Shown here: positions 63,961-64,000 of the stretch, in pieces
How positions within the stretch are numbered: position 1 is the first letter of the stretch
Layout: each line of letters begins with the position of its first letter
Sequence record: PZ452611.1
DNA length: 64,000 nt
Direction: 5' to 3' (one strand)
DNA from: a phage
Position numbers and translations under genes: made by a program
Notes under the pieces: model-generated
Told to the model about the DNA's origin: nothing
Seen by the model: only the letters and a program-made list of their open reading frames with translations
Databases searched by the model: none

Positions 63961-64000
63961 TGAAACAGTGCAGATAAATTACCTTCTGGTGGGAACTTAT

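Noticed and set aside
1-64000. Prophage or integrative element boundaries (integrase, att sites, transposase)
   Set aside because: No recombinase-like ORF or flanking host-like genes seen; gene content is uniformly phage-like, consistent with a virulent phage.

Overview
The window reads as a contiguous segment of a virulent tailed dsDNA phage genome; no integrase, tRNA, rRNA or CRISPR array was seen. All calls rest on reading motifs in the supplied ORF translations and the raw sequence; no database search or structure prediction was run, and regulatory-site coordinates read from the sequence may be off by 1-2 bp. Layout: (1) 40-12530 (+), tail module: two paralogous tail-fibre genes with near-identical 3' ends, a third fibre/spike-like gene and a 1878-aa Ig-like-domain protein; (2) 12580-19347 (-), small genes plus a HAD-type phosphatase, a vWA/metallopeptidase protein and an HNH-like protein; (3) 19424-46303 (+), replication and DNA-metabolism module: MoxR-like AAA+ ATPase, SleB-like wall hydrolase, rIIA/rIIB, Dda-like helicase, amino-methyltransferase, short C5-MTase-like protein, Toprim primase-helicase, family A DNA polymerase, macrodomain protein; (4) 46304-47318, ~1 kb non-coding with tandem repeats; (5) 47319-57349 (+), about 25 small early-type genes, each with its own sigma70-like promoter, 5'-UTR hairpin and conserved ribosome-binding context; (6) 57400-59950, non-coding convergent region with a periodic iteron array; (7) 59954-63880 (-), small genes of unknown function. 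Most interesting: the stereotyped early-gene cassette array (candidate host-takeover/anti-defence island), the iteron array, the methyltransferase pair and the macrodomain protein.
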